From: Heptranchias perlo
Taxonomy: Eukaryota
NCBI RefSeq assembly: GCF_035084215.1
Contig: NC_090338.1
Span: 57,226,001 to 57,290,000, forward strand
DNA: 64,000 nt
Direction of reading: 5' to 3'
Below the pieces are notes generated by a model. It did no database searches. It saw only the letters and a program-made list of their open reading frames with translations, and was not told the DNA's origin. Made by a program: the position numbers and the translations under genes. Of the stretch, positions 63,486-64,000 are shown one piece after another (position 1 is the stretch's first letter; each line of letters opens with the position of its first letter).

Positions 63486-64000
63486 TTTTACATTTTAATT
63501 TAGAAAAAACTTTAAATCGGTTTACAAAATATCTATTTTACCATGTGAATGCTCACAGTACCAGGGATCAAATCTCTTTCTGACAAAGTTAAAACAACCA
63601 CTGCCTTATGTGTAACTAGATACAATTAATCAAGTCTGGTTGAGGACTATGGATATCAAGGTTTACATAGAATGAAAAATAATTTAGTTCACTGAAATTC
63701 AAGTCAGGAGAGAAATAATGGCAAAAGTAAGTTAAATATACTAATAGCACTAATCAGTATTGCTTTTACAGTCTGCTCCTGATAACTCAAGTCATTTTTT
63801 GTACTAAAAAAGTAGGAAGAATTCAGCACTTAAAAAATCATTAATTTGAACGAAGTCAACTTTAAATTAAGAGATGTAGACTGTATTCAGCAGCATCAGT
63901 GCGACCTCAAATCAGTAAGTCCTGACTCCTACTGAGTCAACAAATCAGGCTGGTTGACAGACGTAGTAGCGAGCATATCTCATTTGTTCCTAATCTACAA

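Overview
Repeat-rich eukaryotic DNA, almost certainly from a cartilaginous fish (shark), judged from the repeat families: CR1, L2, Deu-domain SINEs, Harbinger and Penelope-like elements. Host genes are all on the - strand. (1) A tandem pair of TIM/HAVCR-family (TIM-1/TIM-4-like) IgV receptor genes. Copy A has its signal exon at 4184-4235 and IgV exon at 3123-3470, and the rest runs off the left edge. Copy B has exons at 28264-28315 and 27693-28040, plus a candidate TM exon at 14801-14909 and a terminal exon at 13452-13471. An inverted relic of a third copy lies at about 38000-47600, with an orphan stalk-like exon. (2) The last three coding exons of FAM193B (61766-62903, 59033-59114, 55979-56072). 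The most striking signal is a complete 3.3-kb APE+RT LINE at 16804-20088. It has a tRNA-like Pol III head, no ORF1, no in-frame AUG and no TTTT anywhere on its sense strand, making it a candidate Pol III-transcribed autonomous retrotransposon. Also notable: six minimal hammerhead-ribozyme motifs with stem covariation, a ~350-bp-arm fold-back Penelope element, a TIM receptor with a transmembrane Arg and a very short tail (activating-type), and an apparent gene-conversion tract over the IgV exon. All counts were made by eye and repeat boundaries are approximate.
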